A DNA stretch of 64,000 nucleotides from Chiloscyllium plagiosum (taxonomy: Eukaryota): positions 65,627,702 through 65,691,701 of the forward strand of contig NC_057719.1 in assembly GCF_004010195.1 (NCBI RefSeq), in the 5' to 3' direction. This document shows, piece by piece, positions 1-13,975 of the stretch (positions are counted from its first letter, which is position 1; every line of letters starts with the position of its first letter). A program made the position numbers and the translations under genes. The notes beneath the pieces were generated by a model. It worked only from the letters and a program-made list of their open reading frames with translations. It did no database searches and was not told the origin of the DNA.

Positions 1-1325
1 TTAGTCCCCTTCCAATTTAGGTGCAATCCGTCCTTCTTGTACAGGTCACTTCTACCCTAAAAGAGATTCCAATGATCCAAAAATGTGTATCCTTCTCCCA
101 TACACCAGCTCCTCAGCCATGCATTCATCTGCTCTATCCTCCTATTCCTGCCCTCACTAGCTCGTAGCACTGGGAATAATCCAGATATTACTACCCTTGA
201 AGACCTCCTTTTTAAATTTTTGCCTAACTCTCTGTAATCTCCATTCAGAGTCTCAACCTTTCCCTTCCTATAACGTTGGTTCCAATGTGGACAATGATCT
301 CTTGCTGGCCCCTCTCCCCCGTGAGAACATTCTGCACCCTTTCTGAGACATCATTGATCCTGGCACCAGGAAAACAATACTCTATTCTGCTTTTTCTCTG
401 CTGGCCACAGAAACATCTGTCTGTACCTTGGACTACAGAATCCCATAACACAATTGCTCTCTTGGAAGCCTTATTTCGTTAGAGCCAGTCTCAATACCAG
501 AAACTTGGCTGTTCGCGCTACATTCCCCTGAGAATCCATCACACTCTACATTTTCCAAAACAGCATACCTGTTTGAAATGGGTATATCCACAAAAGACGC
601 CTGCGCGAGGTGCCGACCTCTCTTACCCTTCCTGGAGTTAACCCATCTTCCTATAACTGCCATCCATCACATACTGTTGCTGTTGCAAATTCCTCATCGC
701 TTCTATCTGTCTCTCCAACCGATCCACTAGATCTGATAAGATTCGCATCCAACAGCATTTATGGCAGATATAATCTGCAGTAACCCTTAAACTCTCTTTA
801 AACTCCCACATCTGACAAGAAGTACATATCACTGCAAAGGCCATTTTTGCTCCTTCACAATCTACAGACCCAGAAAATAACACTGTCTTATTCCTCTACA
901 AAACACTGCACCAGGTTAAATTAATAGCTATGGCTTATATTGTAAGTTTAATCAAGAGACTTATCTTCAAAAACATATAATTAAGAAAGAACCCACTGTA
1001 CTCACTAGTACAGCCTTTCTCTTGGACAGACTTAAAACAACAATTAAGTTATCTGATTCTGTTTTGTGAACTTTGCCCAAACTGGTTCCTCCAAGATTAG
1101 TTGTGAATTTCACTGTTTGTTAATTTTCCCAGATGCACTCCGATGTCCAGCGATACATGAATTCAAACAGCAAAGGCAGTAACTGTGCAGCTTCTCTCTC
1201 TCTCCAGTTTCTTTCTCTCTCTCTCTCCTGCACTGACCTCACCNNNNNNNNNNNNNNNNNNNNNNNNNNNNAAAAAAAGGAGCAGCTCTTACAGCCAGAA
1301 AGTTTTCCTGTCCTCCATCTTGGAT
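1..1325 (-). mobile_element. CR1-clade LINE 5' end: 5' UTR plus decayed ORF1 (zinc finger/coiled coil and SGNH esterase)
   Basis: ORF 638-883 has CxSCxMWE...C(HK)C...LERQIEAMR; ORF 245-451 has WDSVVQGTDRCFC...CFPGA...HIGTN, typical of CR1 ORF1. Broken by frameshifts; runs off the window start. Confidence 0.85.
1244..1271. other. Assembly gap (N run)
   Basis: 28 Ns. Confidence 1.
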
Positions 1326-1371
1326 GTTAGCTTTTTATTTATAAATACTTTGTCTTATACCTCCCCATTAT

Positions 1372-1492
1372 ACCACACCTGAGGAAGGAGCAGAGCTCCA
1401 AAAGCTTGCAATTTCAAATAAACCTGTTGGACTAGAAACTGTTGTTTGATTTCTGACTTTCACCACCCCAGTCCAACTCTGGCATCTCTATT
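1372..1492 (+). mobile_element. Penelope-like 3' fragment with degenerate HHR motif (same family as 30236-30425)
   Basis: cacctgaggaaggagcagagctccaaaagc...aaacctgttggact...ccccagtccaac, a diverged copy of the 30.3-kb element. Confidence 0.6.
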
Positions 1493-1948
1493 TTGTGTCT
1501 GGGGGTTACAAGCAGCATGCCAACTGGTGCTCTGAAAGATACCCCCTCCACCACCTCTGAGGGTGAGAGCACTGATGCCTCCAAGGAAGCACTGACAAGG
1601 CTACCCCAGCCAGCTTAGATTCTGGCATTTTATCTCAATTAAAGGTGGGAGACATGCTGGGGAGCACATCACTGCCACATCTCTGCAGCTGGTCAAGGAA
1701 GAAATGCTACCAGGTCACTGGCACTGAGAGGATTGCTGCAGACGGGTCATTGGCTCAGCCCCAAGAGAACATGGTGTAGGCAATTAAGAGCTCCATATAA
1801 ATGCACCAGCAAACATAGGAGCTGCAGGCAGGTTTGTCGTGAACACTGGGCTTGCACAATGTCATTGGGTCCTGTTGCCTCAGGCATGCCTCCACAGGCT
1901 GGCAGATTTCCTGAAGGGGCAGGTCCAGCACTCTCTGAGTCCCCACGT

Positions 1949-2218
1949 CATAGAGACGTACAGCACAGAAACAAGCACTTCGGCCAAACTCCTCCATGCC
2001 GACCAATCTGAGGTAACATTCTTCACTGTCCACTATACCTCCAATTTTGGTGTCATCTGCAAACTTACTAACTGTATCTCCTCTGCTCACATCCAAATCA
2101 TTTATATAAATGACAAAAAGCAGTGGACCCAGCACCGATCCTTGTGGCACTCCACTGGTCACAGGCCTCCAGTCTGAAAAGCAACCCTCCACCATCACGC
2201 TCTGTCTACTACCTTCCA
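1949..2218 (-). mobile_element. CR1 LINE fragment (RT segment joined to the 3' tail)
   Basis: [27 protein letters not shown]...KFADDTK in ORF 1755-2327. Confidence 0.9.
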
Positions 2219-3026
2219 ATCTGCTGAATATGTGAATGACCCTGCACTGCACAGCAGTAACAGTAAGGCAGTAACAGCAAGGCAACAGGTGGGCAACAAA
2301 CCAGGTAAAGTGCTGTACTCCAATCATCCTATTTCTCCTTCACGTTACATCATTATCTAAATAAAAACAATGTCTAACTGGGTGTTGACACTTAATCAGT
2401 TATCTGTGCCAAACTGTTTACAGCTCCCTATCTTCAGATTGAGAATTCCAGATACTTTCAAATAATATATTCAGATATATTATGAAAAACCTCCAGAGCA
2501 GGTGACACTTGAACTTGGATCTCCTGGCTCAGATGTAGGGACCATTGCACCACAAAAATGCTTGTTGCAAATTCCATTCCCACTTTCCGTATCCCATAAT
2601 CTAGCTCCTCACAGAGCCATTACATGGAGACATAGTGTTTCATGATTCCTTATAACACACCTTCACTTTGAAAATTGCAGGGTGTCTGAAAGGCATTGGG
2701 ATTCCGAGATTTCCAAAGTGTGATTTTTAAACTAGGTTCACACTCATTCTTGGCTCCATAAGCAATTGAAATGCAGGCCTTGTGTTTAACCCTCTGTCAT
2801 CCCTGCCCCCATCAATTGTTCTTTCTCACTTGGGAAGTCTGAGTCACTCATTGAAAACACAACCATCTCTCACATTGTCTTTAGTAAAGTATCTGCTGTA
2901 TAAATGTGAGTCTTGTGACGAATCAGCTCTATCGAAGATTTATTACCCTGGAGATTCTTGGCCAACTGCTTGTGGAGAGCCTGGGAGAGAGCTAAGAAAT
3001 AAATGGGTTCTGGCAAATTAAAAGCC

Positions 3027-4065
3027 ATAGAATCATATATATACATATATATGATTCAAATATATATCCATTTCTCTTTTGAAATCCATAGATTCCATCT
3101 CCACCACTCTCCCAGGCAGCACACTCCAAATCCTAACAACTCTCTGAGTGAAGAAGTTTCTCCTCATCTCAGTCCTAGCTCTTTTGCTGACAGTTTTGAA
3201 GTTGTGACCCCTAGTTACTGCCATTTCAACTAGCAGAAACAAACTAGCTTGTTGCACCCTGTCAAAATTGTTCATAACTTTGAACACCTCACAAAAGTCA
3301 CCTCTTAATCTTCTCTGCTCCAAGGAGAATACATCCAATTTCTCCAATCTTTCCTTGTATCTAAAATCCCTCATTCCAGCTACCATTCCAGTAAATCTAT
3401 CCAGGGCTTTAATGTCGTTCTTTTAAAAAGGTGGCCAGAACTAAATGCAATAGTCTAAATATGGTCTGACGAACAATTTGTAGACTTCCTTACTTTTATA
3501 CTCTATGTCTCTTTATAATCCTAAGGATCCTATAAGCCTTCTGAACAACTGTTTCAACTTGCCTGGCCACCTTCAGAGAATTTTGTATTTGAATACCTCG
3601 GTCCGTCTGCTGCTGTCCTCCCTCAAGTGGTACTGTTGAGCCTGTATTTTCTTTTTCTTCTACCAAAATGCATTACTTCACATTTCTCTGCACTAAAATT
3701 CATCTGCCAGGTGCCTGCACATTTGTCCAACTTGTCAATATCTTTTTGAAGTTGCTCAGTATCATCCTTATAATTCACTGTTCTCCCTGGCTAAGTAGCA
3801 TTTGGAAATGTAGAGATTTTGCCCTCAATGTCCATCTCCAAATTGTTTATGTAGGTCAGAAAAAGCAAAAGTCCCAACACCGACCTGTGGGTAACATTAC
3901 TTTCAACTCGTCTCCAGTCTGATAAATGTCCATTTATACCTCTCCTTTGTTTCCTGTCTTTTAGCCAACTCCTAATCAATGCTGCTAAGGACCCACCAAA
4001 TCCAAACATTTCCATCTTGCTAACCAACCTGCCATGTAGTACCATATCAAATACTTTCTGAAGGT
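3027..4065 (-). mobile_element. CR1 LINE ORF2 3' part, decayed
   Basis: WIxSWLKDRKQR, SVLGLLLF, YKERLEKLDVFSLEQRRLRGD, TRGHNFK, FFTQRVV motifs. Confidence 0.9.
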
Positions 4066-4104
4066 ATGAATGGTGCCTACTGATTGTAAAAAGAATGGTC
4101 CATT

Positions 4105-4385
4105 CATAGAGTCACAGAGTAACAGTCATACAGCACAGAAACAGACCCTTCGGTCCAACTCATCCATGCCAACCAAGTTTATCAAACTAAACTAATCCCA
4201 TATGCCTGCATTTGGCCTATATCCCTCTAAACCGTTCCTATTCATGTACCTGACCAAATGTCTTTTAAATACTGTACCTGTACTTGCATTTGTGTGAAAC
4301 AGTTTTCACTTAGGTCCCTTTTAAATCTTTCTCCTCTTACTTTAAAAAATGCTCCCTAATTTTAAACTCATTTACCCTAAGGAGA
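4105..4385 (-). mobile_element. CR1/HER1 LINE 3' end
   Basis: Same 3' UTR as the young copy at 18.3-18.6 kb (cagaaacagacccttcggtccaactcatccatgcc). Confidence 0.85.
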
Positions 4386-4467
4386 TCAGGTCTACATGAA
4401 ACTGTGAGATGTGGGTCACTGATAATTGACCCTGTCAACTGATAGCTGGATTACCTCCTGTTGTCTC

Positions 4468-4812
4468 GATGGTGGCTCGGTGGTTAGCACTGCTGCCTTA
4501 CAGCGCCAAGGGCCCAGGTTCAATTCCACCCTCAGGTGACTGTCTGTGTGGAGTCTGCACATTCTCCCATATCTGTGTGGGTTTCCTCTGGGTGCTCCGG
4601 TTTCCTCCCACAATCCACCTGATGGTAGATTAGGTGGAATGGCCACTTTAAATTGCCCATAGTGTTCAGAGATGTGCAGGCCAGGTGAATTAGCCACGGG
4701 AAATGCAGGATTACAGGGATAGGGTATGTCTGTGTGGGATGCTTTTCAGAGGGTCAGTGTAGACTCAATGGGCCCAAAGGCCTGGTTCCGCACTATGGGG
4801 TTTCTATGATTC
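4468..4812 (+). mobile_element. HE1-type tRNA-derived SINE
   Basis: ggtggctcggtggttagcactgctgcc (A box), ggttcaattcc (B box), central gggtttcctctgggtgctccggtttc, CR1-like tail. Confidence 0.85.
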
Positions 4813-7800
4813 TCGGAGATTTCTTCCTCCCCTTGTTAAGGGTAGTTAACTCTTTGGGCTCCTCATGACAGGCAGCAGTTCCTCAAGGCAAGCATCACTG
4901 ACATGGTCCCAGATTTCCAGCGGATGATGCAGTATTGTTCTGACTTGCTATTCAATGCAGGTCCCATTGTAAAAGTCCACAGAAAGTCTGAGAGCAAGGA
5001 AAGTGGAATGAACAACTGGTGCTATTCACTCCACAGTGACCACAAAACCCAGGCCGTTTTTTTAAAAAAATGTTGCCTTCAAATTAAATTGGAGCTTTAT
5101 TAAAGCTTGCTGGGAAACCATACAATCAAAAGCAACAAACAGGCTTCTGTTGATGATGTACGTGTGCCTGTTCTGGGAGCTTGACCTTTCATCAACTTTG
5201 TCTCCTGTGCAACTGCTGATTAAAATGAAACTGCTGAGTAACAATGTCACAGCAGTGCAACTAACACACTGCGTAACGCCAAATATTTCAAGCTCAGCAA
5301 CCTCTCATCAATGAATCTGAATCAAGAACTTCATCATAAATATGCAAGAATTCCTCTGCCTACTCTCAGGCAAACCACCCATTTTTCAGTGGTCAAGTTT
5401 CATTATATTTTTTGCCTGGATGCAGCATTGTCCTTTATTCCACCTCCCTTTCTGCTTTTCGAAAATTTCACCAGTTACTCCAACTGAATGACACCTCTGA
5501 CTATTTAATGGGTTTTTTTTTGTTGAAATAGGAATTCATTTTTTCCTTAACAAAAATAGTGTGTGTCTCCGTTAGCGATCAGCAGGAGACTATACTTACA
5601 TTCTGTCAGAATGGGAAAATTACCTCACTGCCAAGGGTCTCTCAGGTCTTTGCGGAGGCCTGGAAAATATACATTTCTGAATGTGTAGACATTGCTGTAT
5701 ATAGGTGAAATTCTTTCAGGATGTTTATAGTAGAAATTAAACAAAAACACAAATATGGGTTTTAATCATTTCTAATCTGTACTGTAAAGGCTTCATGTAC
5801 CAAAGGTAAATGAGTCAAATCCATCTCCTGGAGCTGAAAGGAATGTTGGCAGCCCTCAGCAAGACACATTTGAAATTGTTGTTTTGTGAAGGGAGAGTGT
5901 GATCCCTCAACATTTCCTTTTCTGCATAAGTGGATCCAGTCTTGACGTTGTGTAGCCCCTGGACCTCCCACATGATGGCAACTTCACAAAACGAAGTAAT
6001 CTTTGGAAGGGATGTTGGTTGGGCTTTAACATCGAGAAAGGAAATGTTTTGTTTGCAGTTTTATATATGCCGCTGCTGTCACTTTCTCCTCAGAGTCCAA
6101 AGACCATTTAAATCGTGGCTTCACCTCACACCAATGGCAGCCTACATTAACCAACCTTGCCTCACTAAAATACAATCACTGCATTTATTACTATCCATTT
6201 CAGAGTATTCACTTTGCATTAATAATCTATTAAAGTCAACCATTAAGTATTTTTTTTCTGAACTAGCTGAGCAGATCTCATAGAAGTAGCTGGGATCTCA
6301 CAGAAGTAGGTTCTAAGTTGCAACATGTAATGAATTACATTGTTTTAAAACAAGAACTTCTTCTTCTTGCACTACTAACTTTTCCACTGCATTATTTGTT
6401 CAAATAGACTGAGTAGATCTTTACCTTGGTGGCAGCAAATCTACCCCACAGTGAGCAATAATATAGTCAGCCTCCCACAACATGATGGTCAGCGATTGCT
6501 CATGCAAAGCATACAGGAAGGAGAAACTGAAAACAAGGACATTTAAGATGTTGTGAGCAAATTGTTGCGAATATGGGAGCATTGAATGAAAATTCCAAAT
6601 TCTTCAGTCATCATAGGTTTTTAACCATCTACAGTGTGATATATCAATTAGCAAAATGGAGACTGAAATTATCAATTGTTCAAGTTTTTCAATGTAGCAT
6701 TGCACATCTTGAACAGCGGAGGAACTGCTTTAAGTTAGAGACTGCTTAGTACTCATAGGTGCAGGGATTTATTTTTGGGGATTTTTCCTCTGAATTAGAG
6801 TTAGTCTCAGTTTGGAGTTGGGGAGAGGTTAACCAGTGTGATTAAATGCTTCCATATTATTTATGTGACTTATACCGCTGCAGATTTGTAATTCAAAGTG
6901 ATACAATTCTATCACTTGTAATGACAGAGTTTGGTGCTGTGTTCTGGTTTGACTGAAGCTGTTAATGGGGTTAATGGCAAATGGGACAGTTTGGAAATGT
7001 GTAAAAAACAAGGAAAGCAACAAATCTGGTTAAAGGAAAGGAGATTTGTAAACCTGGGATTGAGGAAAAAGATGGAAGAGATTAGACAATGGTAGTGCAG
7101 CTTTCTGTCTGCAGACAGCCAAAGATGGGAAAAGGCAGGAATTCATCTGTAGGGGAGGGGGATGGGGGAGTATGAATTAAACTAGAAAATGCTACAAGAT
7201 ATTAAGAAAACAAAGTATGTTATTGTAAGAAATGGAGAGACTGAGAAATCAGAATCAGGTATCCTTACAAACAATATGGAGTCTGGGACGTGAAAATGAC
7301 AGCCATTGCTGTTTGACCCCTGACCTCAGTGAAAAGTTAGTAACCCTGGGACATTACTGTTGATTCCACCTTATCATTTTGCACCTACGACTTCCATCAG
7401 CTCCACAGGCATTTTCATTCTTTTATTTTTCATAGTTTTTTTTCTCCTTTAGTGAGATAACCTCATTACCAGCTTCAGATATCTTTCTCTCTCTTGCACC
7501 GACAAATTCTAATCTTCAACTGTAGACCGTCAGGTCAATAAATGGGAATGTTAATTTTGCTAAATTGACGTGCCGCTGTTGGAATCCGAATTCTTCGATT
7601 GCAAGTTTGTCATGGTCTTGCCTGCTTTTGCATTGAAGTCAGGAGGGGTTTGCGCCAGTTAGCAATGTGACAGTGCCAGTAATATTTAAAACTGCAGTCT
7701 TGTACTGTTGGCTAATTGCACTGAGCTTCTATAGTGGAGCATCACACATTGGGTTCCACTTGCATTCAGTTTTATGGGCTTACAACCACAAGCAAGGCCC

Positions 7801-7889
7801 TATGTTCATTACTCATCATATATGAGGCATGCAGATGACGAAAAAGGTAAGTTCCAGGTGTTTCACTTTCTTTTAGTTCTTGGTAATGG

Positions 7890-8930
7890 GAGTTTCTTTA
7901 AAACATTTTCATGCCATTGTACCATTTAAAGAGAGTGTCTCCATGGGATACAAAGGCAATAAAATTTGCCAAGGTGATTAAAGGGATTTAAAACCAGGAG
8001 AGGCACCCTGCTATAGAAAGAATATTATTAAGCTGGAGAGGGTTCAGAAAAGATTAACCAGGATGCAGCCAGATTTGAGTTATGGGGAGAGATTGGATTG
8101 GCTGGGAGGTTTGTCACAGCAACGTAGGGGCTTGAGGGGTGACCTCATAAAAGGGAGGTTTATAAAATCATGAGGGTCATAGATAAGGTGAATGACAGGT
8201 GTCTCTTCCTGAGCTTTGGAGATTTTAAGACTATTTTTAAGTATATTTTTAAGGTGAGAGGAGAAGGGTTTAAAAAAGACATGGGGGCAATTATTTTTTT
8301 AAAGAGTGGTTCATATATGGAATGAATCCCCAGGGAAAGTGATGGATGTGAGTAGCTATAATGTTTGAAAGACATTTAGATAAAGACATGAATAATAAAT
8401 GTTTGGAAGTGTTAGGGCCAAGTGCAGGCAGATAGGACTGGTTTGGTTTGGAAATATGGTTTGCATGAATTGGTTCGACTGAAGGGTCTATTTCTGTGTT
8501 GTATAATTCTATAACACCAGGGTCCATGATTTCTCTCCTGGATCGTACCGAGATTATTTAAATTTAAATTCTCCCAGCAGCTGTGGTAGGATTTGAACCC
8601 ATACCTCTTAGCATCAGTTTCATTCTCCAGATGATTAATCCTGGGAGGGTTGCTGAACAAAGAGACCCTGAAGTACAGGTTCATAATTCCTTGAAAGAGG
8701 AGTCTCAGGGAGACAGGATAGTGAAGAAGGCATTTCAAATGCTTTCCTTTATTGATCAGAGCATTGAGTATCGGAGTTGGGAGGCCATATTACGGCTGTC
8801 GAGGACATTGGTTAAGCAACTTATATAGGCCAAGTTCTGGCAAATGGGACTAGATTAATTTGGGATATCTGGTTAGCATGGATGAATTGGACCAAAGGGT
8901 CTGTTTCCATGTTGTACAGTTCTATGACTC
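7890..8930 (+). mobile_element. Two adjacent CR1 3' fragments
   Basis: Both contain the RT C-terminal region and the 3' UTR ending tctatgactct/ttctataac. Confidence 0.8.
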
Positions 8931-8941
8931 TAGTAATGTTA

Positions 8942-9095
8942 CGGCAAAAGTAAGGACTGCAGATGCTGGAGATCAGAGCCAAGATTAGAGAGGTGCTGGA
9001 AAAGTACAGCAGGTCAGGCAGCATCCGAGGACCAGGAAAATCGACATTTCAGGCAAAAGTCCTTCCTGATGAAGGACTGTTCTCTCTAATCTTGG
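8942..9095. mobile_element. Short PLE-derived inverted element with TSD
   Basis: Flanks ctctagtaatgtta (8928-8941) and ctctagtaacatta (9096-9109); contains gcaggtcaggcagcatcc and HHR remnants. Confidence 0.8.
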
Positions 9096-9149
9096 CTCTA
9101 GTAACATTATCACTATGCTACCATGTTCCAAAATATTTCAATCCTGTTT

Positions 9150-12100
9150 TTTAACTATTCTGCTTAAACTAATTGGCGGGGATGAGTGCCGGAGTACAGG
9201 AGGTTGCGATGATTCAGAGGATGAGAAAAGAAATGACAAACAAAAGAGTTAATGTGCAAAGTCATAAACAGACAACAGCAAGAAGGTCAGAGAACATGGA
9301 TCTATGAGCAAATCAGCACAGAAGATAGAGGTTACAAAAATAATAAAAGAAGAAAAACTTGAAGCATTGTATTTGAATGCATGTAGTGTTTGAAATAAAG
9401 CAGACTAACTAATGGGACAAATTGAGATAAGTAAGTACAGTCTAGTGGCAATGGCTGAGACACGGCTGCAAGATGATCCAGATTGGGAACTGAATATTGA
9501 AGGTATTGGGAAGGAAGCAAGGAAAGTACGGAGGAGAGGTTCTGTTAATTAAAGTTATTAACACAATAAAGAGGGAATGACCAGGGTTTAGAAGCAGTCT
9601 AGCTAGAGATGTGGAATGACAAAGGCAAGGCGTCACTTGTGGGACCTGTGTGCAGGCCCCCTAACAGCAATCATATGGCAATACAGGCTTTCAAGGAAGA
9701 AATAATGGGAACTTGTCAAAGAGATGATTTTAATCTACATATTACCTGGAAAGGTCAAATGGGGAAAAGTGGTCTTGATGATGAATTCATTGAATGTTTT
9801 TGAGAAATTTTTGGAACAGCACATAATGACATCAACCAACCAGGAGATTGTCCTAGACCTAGTTTTGTCCAATGGGATAGGATTGACCACATGGTGAAAA
9901 TGCCCTGGTCAATAGTGACCATAATATGATCACATTTTACCTGTTGTTTCTGGGAGAAAAGTATGGGTCCAAGACTGGTATTCTGAATTTAAACAAAATG
10001 GCATTTGCTGACACAGGTGCACGCGTGTGCTATGAGCGTGCACAGAGTTTGGGGGTGGAATGGGGAGATTGGGACAGGGAAGGTGAGATGGGGAAGGAGG
10101 GGAGAAGCTTAGGTCAGGAAGAAGGGGAAGAGATCTAGACGGGAGATGTGGGGAGATTAGGAGGGGGAGAAATTGTGACTGGGACTGGTGGGGTGACCCA
10201 GGAAGTAAGAGGGAAGAAGAAGGGGTTCAGGACCCAGCAGAGAACTGGGCAGGAGTTGGGTGCAACTCCAAATTTAAGCTAACCCTAATTCAGAGGAAAG
10301 ATCCCCAAAAAGAAATCTCTGTGATCGAGCCAGGGAGATCATGGAAGAACAGAGACAGATGGGCAAGAGGACCTTCAGGCTCCTGGGCCCTCCTTGTGTA
10401 CCAACTCCACCCTCAGGAACTAGGCCCTCTTCCATTCTCACTTCTGTCTGGCATCCCCAGTCCCTACCACTGAACCCCAGGTCAAAGTTGCATGCTTCCC
10501 TGTAGGTGCACATTGCTGCATTTTATTCATTATGCTATTCATAACATGGTGACGTGTCTACATGGTGACATTAGTGTTTAGAACCAGGCACATGCACATT
10601 CTTAAATTAGCGCACATGATCGTTATCCACAATTGCTGGTGTGAGCAAAGATTATCTTTAAGCAAGAGCAACTTTGAAGGTACGAAACTGGAGCTAGCAA
10701 AAAGCAACTGGCTATTTAGGCAAACGTTTAGATCAATAGGGGTGCTCAGGCAAACATTTAAGGGAATATTCTGAAAGTGCAGAATAGATACATTGCAATA
10801 AGGAAGAAAACATCTGAAGGACGGACCTGCAATCAATGGTTAACTAAAAGAAGTCAAGCAGGTATCAAACTCAAATGAAAGGCAAAAATAGTGCAAAGAT
10901 TTGTGGCCAGGCCAAAGATTCGATAAGATAAATGAAAACCAAAGAATTACTAAAAGATTAACAAGGAGGGAAAAATCAGCGTATGGGAGAAAGTTAACCA
11001 AAAGTATAAAACAAATAGTTTCTTCAGATATTTTAAAAAAAGAAAAAGAAATTGCTTGTCTGACAAAAAAAAATAATCTGGGGAATAAATAATGGAGAAT
11101 TAAATGATGGAGGATGAATTGCTTCAGTCTTCATTAGAAAGGATATAAGTAACGTCCCAGAAATAGCTGTAAATCAGAAACTGAAACAAAGAGAGAAACT
11201 CAACAAAATCATAACTACCAGGGAGATACTACTGAGTCAATTGTTGGAACTGTGATTTGACAAGTAGCTGGCTCCTGAAAGATTTCATCTTTGGATCTTA
11301 AAAAAAGTAGCTAGTGAGAAAGTTGATGAGTTAGTTTAAATTTTCCAAAACGCATTAGATTTGGGAAAGTTCCTTTAGGTTAAAAAAATAGCTAATGTAA
11401 CTCCCATATTCAAAAAGGGATGGAGTCATAAAACTGGAAACTACAGGTCAGATAGCTTAACATTTGTAATAGGGAAAATGTTAGAGACCATTATTAAAGA
11501 CATTATAACAGAGCACTTAGACAAATTCAAGGTAATCAGGCAGAGCCAACATTATTTTGTCAAAGGGAAATCACATTTAGCTAATTTATTGGAGTTTTTT
11601 GAAGAAGTAATTTGTATTGTGGATAAAAGGGAATTGGTGAATATACTGCAATTAGCTTTCCTAAAGGCATATGTTAAGTTGCCACCTCCAAAAGTTATTG
11701 TTGAAATTCAAAACACATGGTGTGATGGGGGTGGTGGTGGGTGGGTAACATATTAGCAGGGATAGAAGATTAACAGGAAGCAGAGGGTGGGAATACATGG
11801 CTATTTTTCAGGTTGGCAAGATGTCATGAGTGATGTGGCACAGGGGATGGTGCTGGACCTTCAACTCTTTACAATGTACATAAATGATTTGAATGAAGGG
11901 ATCAAAGGTATGGTAGCTAAATTTGCTGATGACATTAAAAATGAAGTAAGTGAGTAGTGAAGAGAACACAAGCAATCTATAAAGAGATATGGCTCTGTTA
12001 AATGGAGTATAACATGGGAAAATGTGAAAATATCCTTTTTAAGAATGCAGAAAGAATTTTAAAAATGCATGCTATCCAAATGTTGAGAAATTGAGAGGCT

Positions 12101-12790
12101 TTGAGATGCAGAGAGATCTGGGTACCCTTGTGCAAGAATTGCAGAAGGTGAGTATGCAGCTAGAGTAAGTAATCAGCAAAGCTGACAGAATGTTATGGTT
12201 TATTGTGAGGGGAATTGAATGCAAGAGTAGGGAGGTTATGCTTCAGTTATACAAAACACTGGTGAGACCGCATGTGGAATACTGTGTACAGCACTGGTCA
12301 CCATACATATGTAATGCTGTTAATGCACTGGAAGCAGATCAGAGAAAGTTTACTGGACCAGTTTGTGGAATGAATGATAGGCCCACATCTTCTGAAGTTT
12401 GAAAGAGTCAGAGTTAACTTCATTTTTACGTGTAAAGTCATGAGGGAACTTGACTAAGTGAATGTCGAAATGATGTTTCCTCTTATGAGAGAATGTAGAA
12501 CTAAGAATCATAGTTAAAAATAAGACATTGCCCATTTTAAACAAGGATGAGAAGAATAATTTCTCTCAGAGGCTTATGGATCTTTGGAAATCCCTTCCTC
12601 AAAACACAGTGGATAGAGAATTTTTAAAATATTTTTAAGACAGAGATGGAGAGATTCTTGATTATGAAGGGGATGAAACATTATCAGGGACATATAGGAA
12701 TGTAGAGTTGATGTTGAAATTAGATCAGCCATGATCTTATTGAATGCTGGAGCAAATTCCAAGGGTAGAGTGGCCTACTCCTGTTCTCTT
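9150..12790 (+). mobile_element. Old, long CR1 LINE (APE endonuclease plus RT), decayed
   Basis: YLNACS, AETRLQ, CRPPNS, SDHNMI (endonuclease); GNYRS, MLETIIKD, KGKSHLANLLEFFEEV, KFADD, LYKTLVRPHVEYCVQ (RT). Confidence 0.85.
9995..10657. mobile_element. Non-CR1 insert within the CR1; possible non-autonomous DNA transposon
   Basis: Imperfect terminal inverted repeats (atttgctgacacag / ctggtgtgagcaaag); flanks tttaaacaa and tttaagcaa; G-rich interior. Confidence 0.4.
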
Positions 12791-12870
12791 TCCACTGCAA
12801 TACCTCATTCATCCCTATTGGTTAGTTCCATTTGTTTAGATTTCTTTACTTTACAGCTAGCCTTATATGT

Positions 12871-13514
12871 GGATGTAGGTTTGCTGGCTGAGCTGGAAGG
12901 TTCATTTTCAGACATTTCGTCACCATTCTCAGTAACATCTTCCGTGAGCCTCCGAATGAAGCACTTGTGGTATAGTCCGCTTTCTATTTATATTTTTGAG
13001 TTTCCTTGGGTTGGTGATGTCATTTCCATTGGTGACATTATTTCCTATGGTGATGTCATTTCCTGTTTTTTTTCCTCGGGGTGGTAAATGGGATCCAAGT
13101 TGATAGAATTAAACAAGCATTCTACGCTTCAAGAAATTTGCAGATTTGTCTATTTGGCTTGTCCTAGAATGGATGTGTTGTCCCAGTCAACTGTTGTCGT
13201 ACAAGCATGGCATTCCAACTGGAACTCTATCAATAAACACATTGACTTGGATCCCATTTACCACCCTCTGAAAAGAAGGACAGGAAATTGCACCACCACA
13301 GGAAATGATGTCACCACTGGAAATTACATCACCAACCCAAGGAAACTTGAAACATATAAATAGAAAGCAGGCTACACCACCAGTGCTTCATTCGGAGGCT
13401 CACTGAAGATGTTACCTAGTATGGTGATGAAACGTCTGAAAACGAACCTTCCAATTCAGCCAGCAAACCTACATCCAGAACCTCAACCTGAGCTACAAAT
13501 CTTCTCAAAACTCA
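12871..13514. mobile_element. Penelope-like element (second family), inverted arrangement, with HHR
   Basis: 12871-13085 is the reverse complement of ~13280-13475; encodes AWHSNWNSINKHIDLDPIYHPL (PLE C-terminus); HHR ctgaagatgttacc-tagtat-ggtgatgaaacgtc at ~13403-13436; TSD ctagcc(t/c)tatatgt at 12857-12870 and 13515-13528. Confidence 0.8.
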
Positions 13515-13547
13515 CTAGCCCTATATGTCCTTGAGTTGAAAATGTCG

Positions 13548-13975
13548 TAGAGTCATCGAGGTGTATGGCATGGAAACATGCCTTTCAGCCGACTTGTCCA
13601 TGCTGTCCAGTTTTCACAATTAATCTAGTCGGCATTTGTCTGCATTTGTTCCATATCCCTCCATACCTGCCCCATCCATGTACCTGTCCCAACATTTCTC
13701 AAATGTCAAAATTGTACTTGCCTCCACCACTACATCTGGCAGTCCATTCCAAACACTCACCACTCTCTGTGTGAAAGAAATTGTCCCTCTGCACCCTTTT
13801 GTATCTCTCCCCACTCACTTTAAATCTATGCCCTCTAGATTTAGACTCCACTACCATGGAGAAAAGTTGTTGGCTATCCACCTCATCCATGCCTCTCATG
13901 GACCTCTATAAATTCACCCCTCAATCTCCAATGCTCCAGGGAAAAAGGTCCCAGCCTATTCAGCCTTCCCTTTCA
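13548..13975 (-). mobile_element. CR1 LINE 3' end
   Basis: SRGHRFKV and FTQRVVSVWNGLP motifs. Confidence 0.85.

Noticed and set aside
6717..7525. Upstream extension of the 7526-7846 exon with a transmembrane-like stretch
   Set aside because: Stop density is at random level, and the hydrophobic stretch comes from a T-rich tract that may simply be a polypyrimidine tract.
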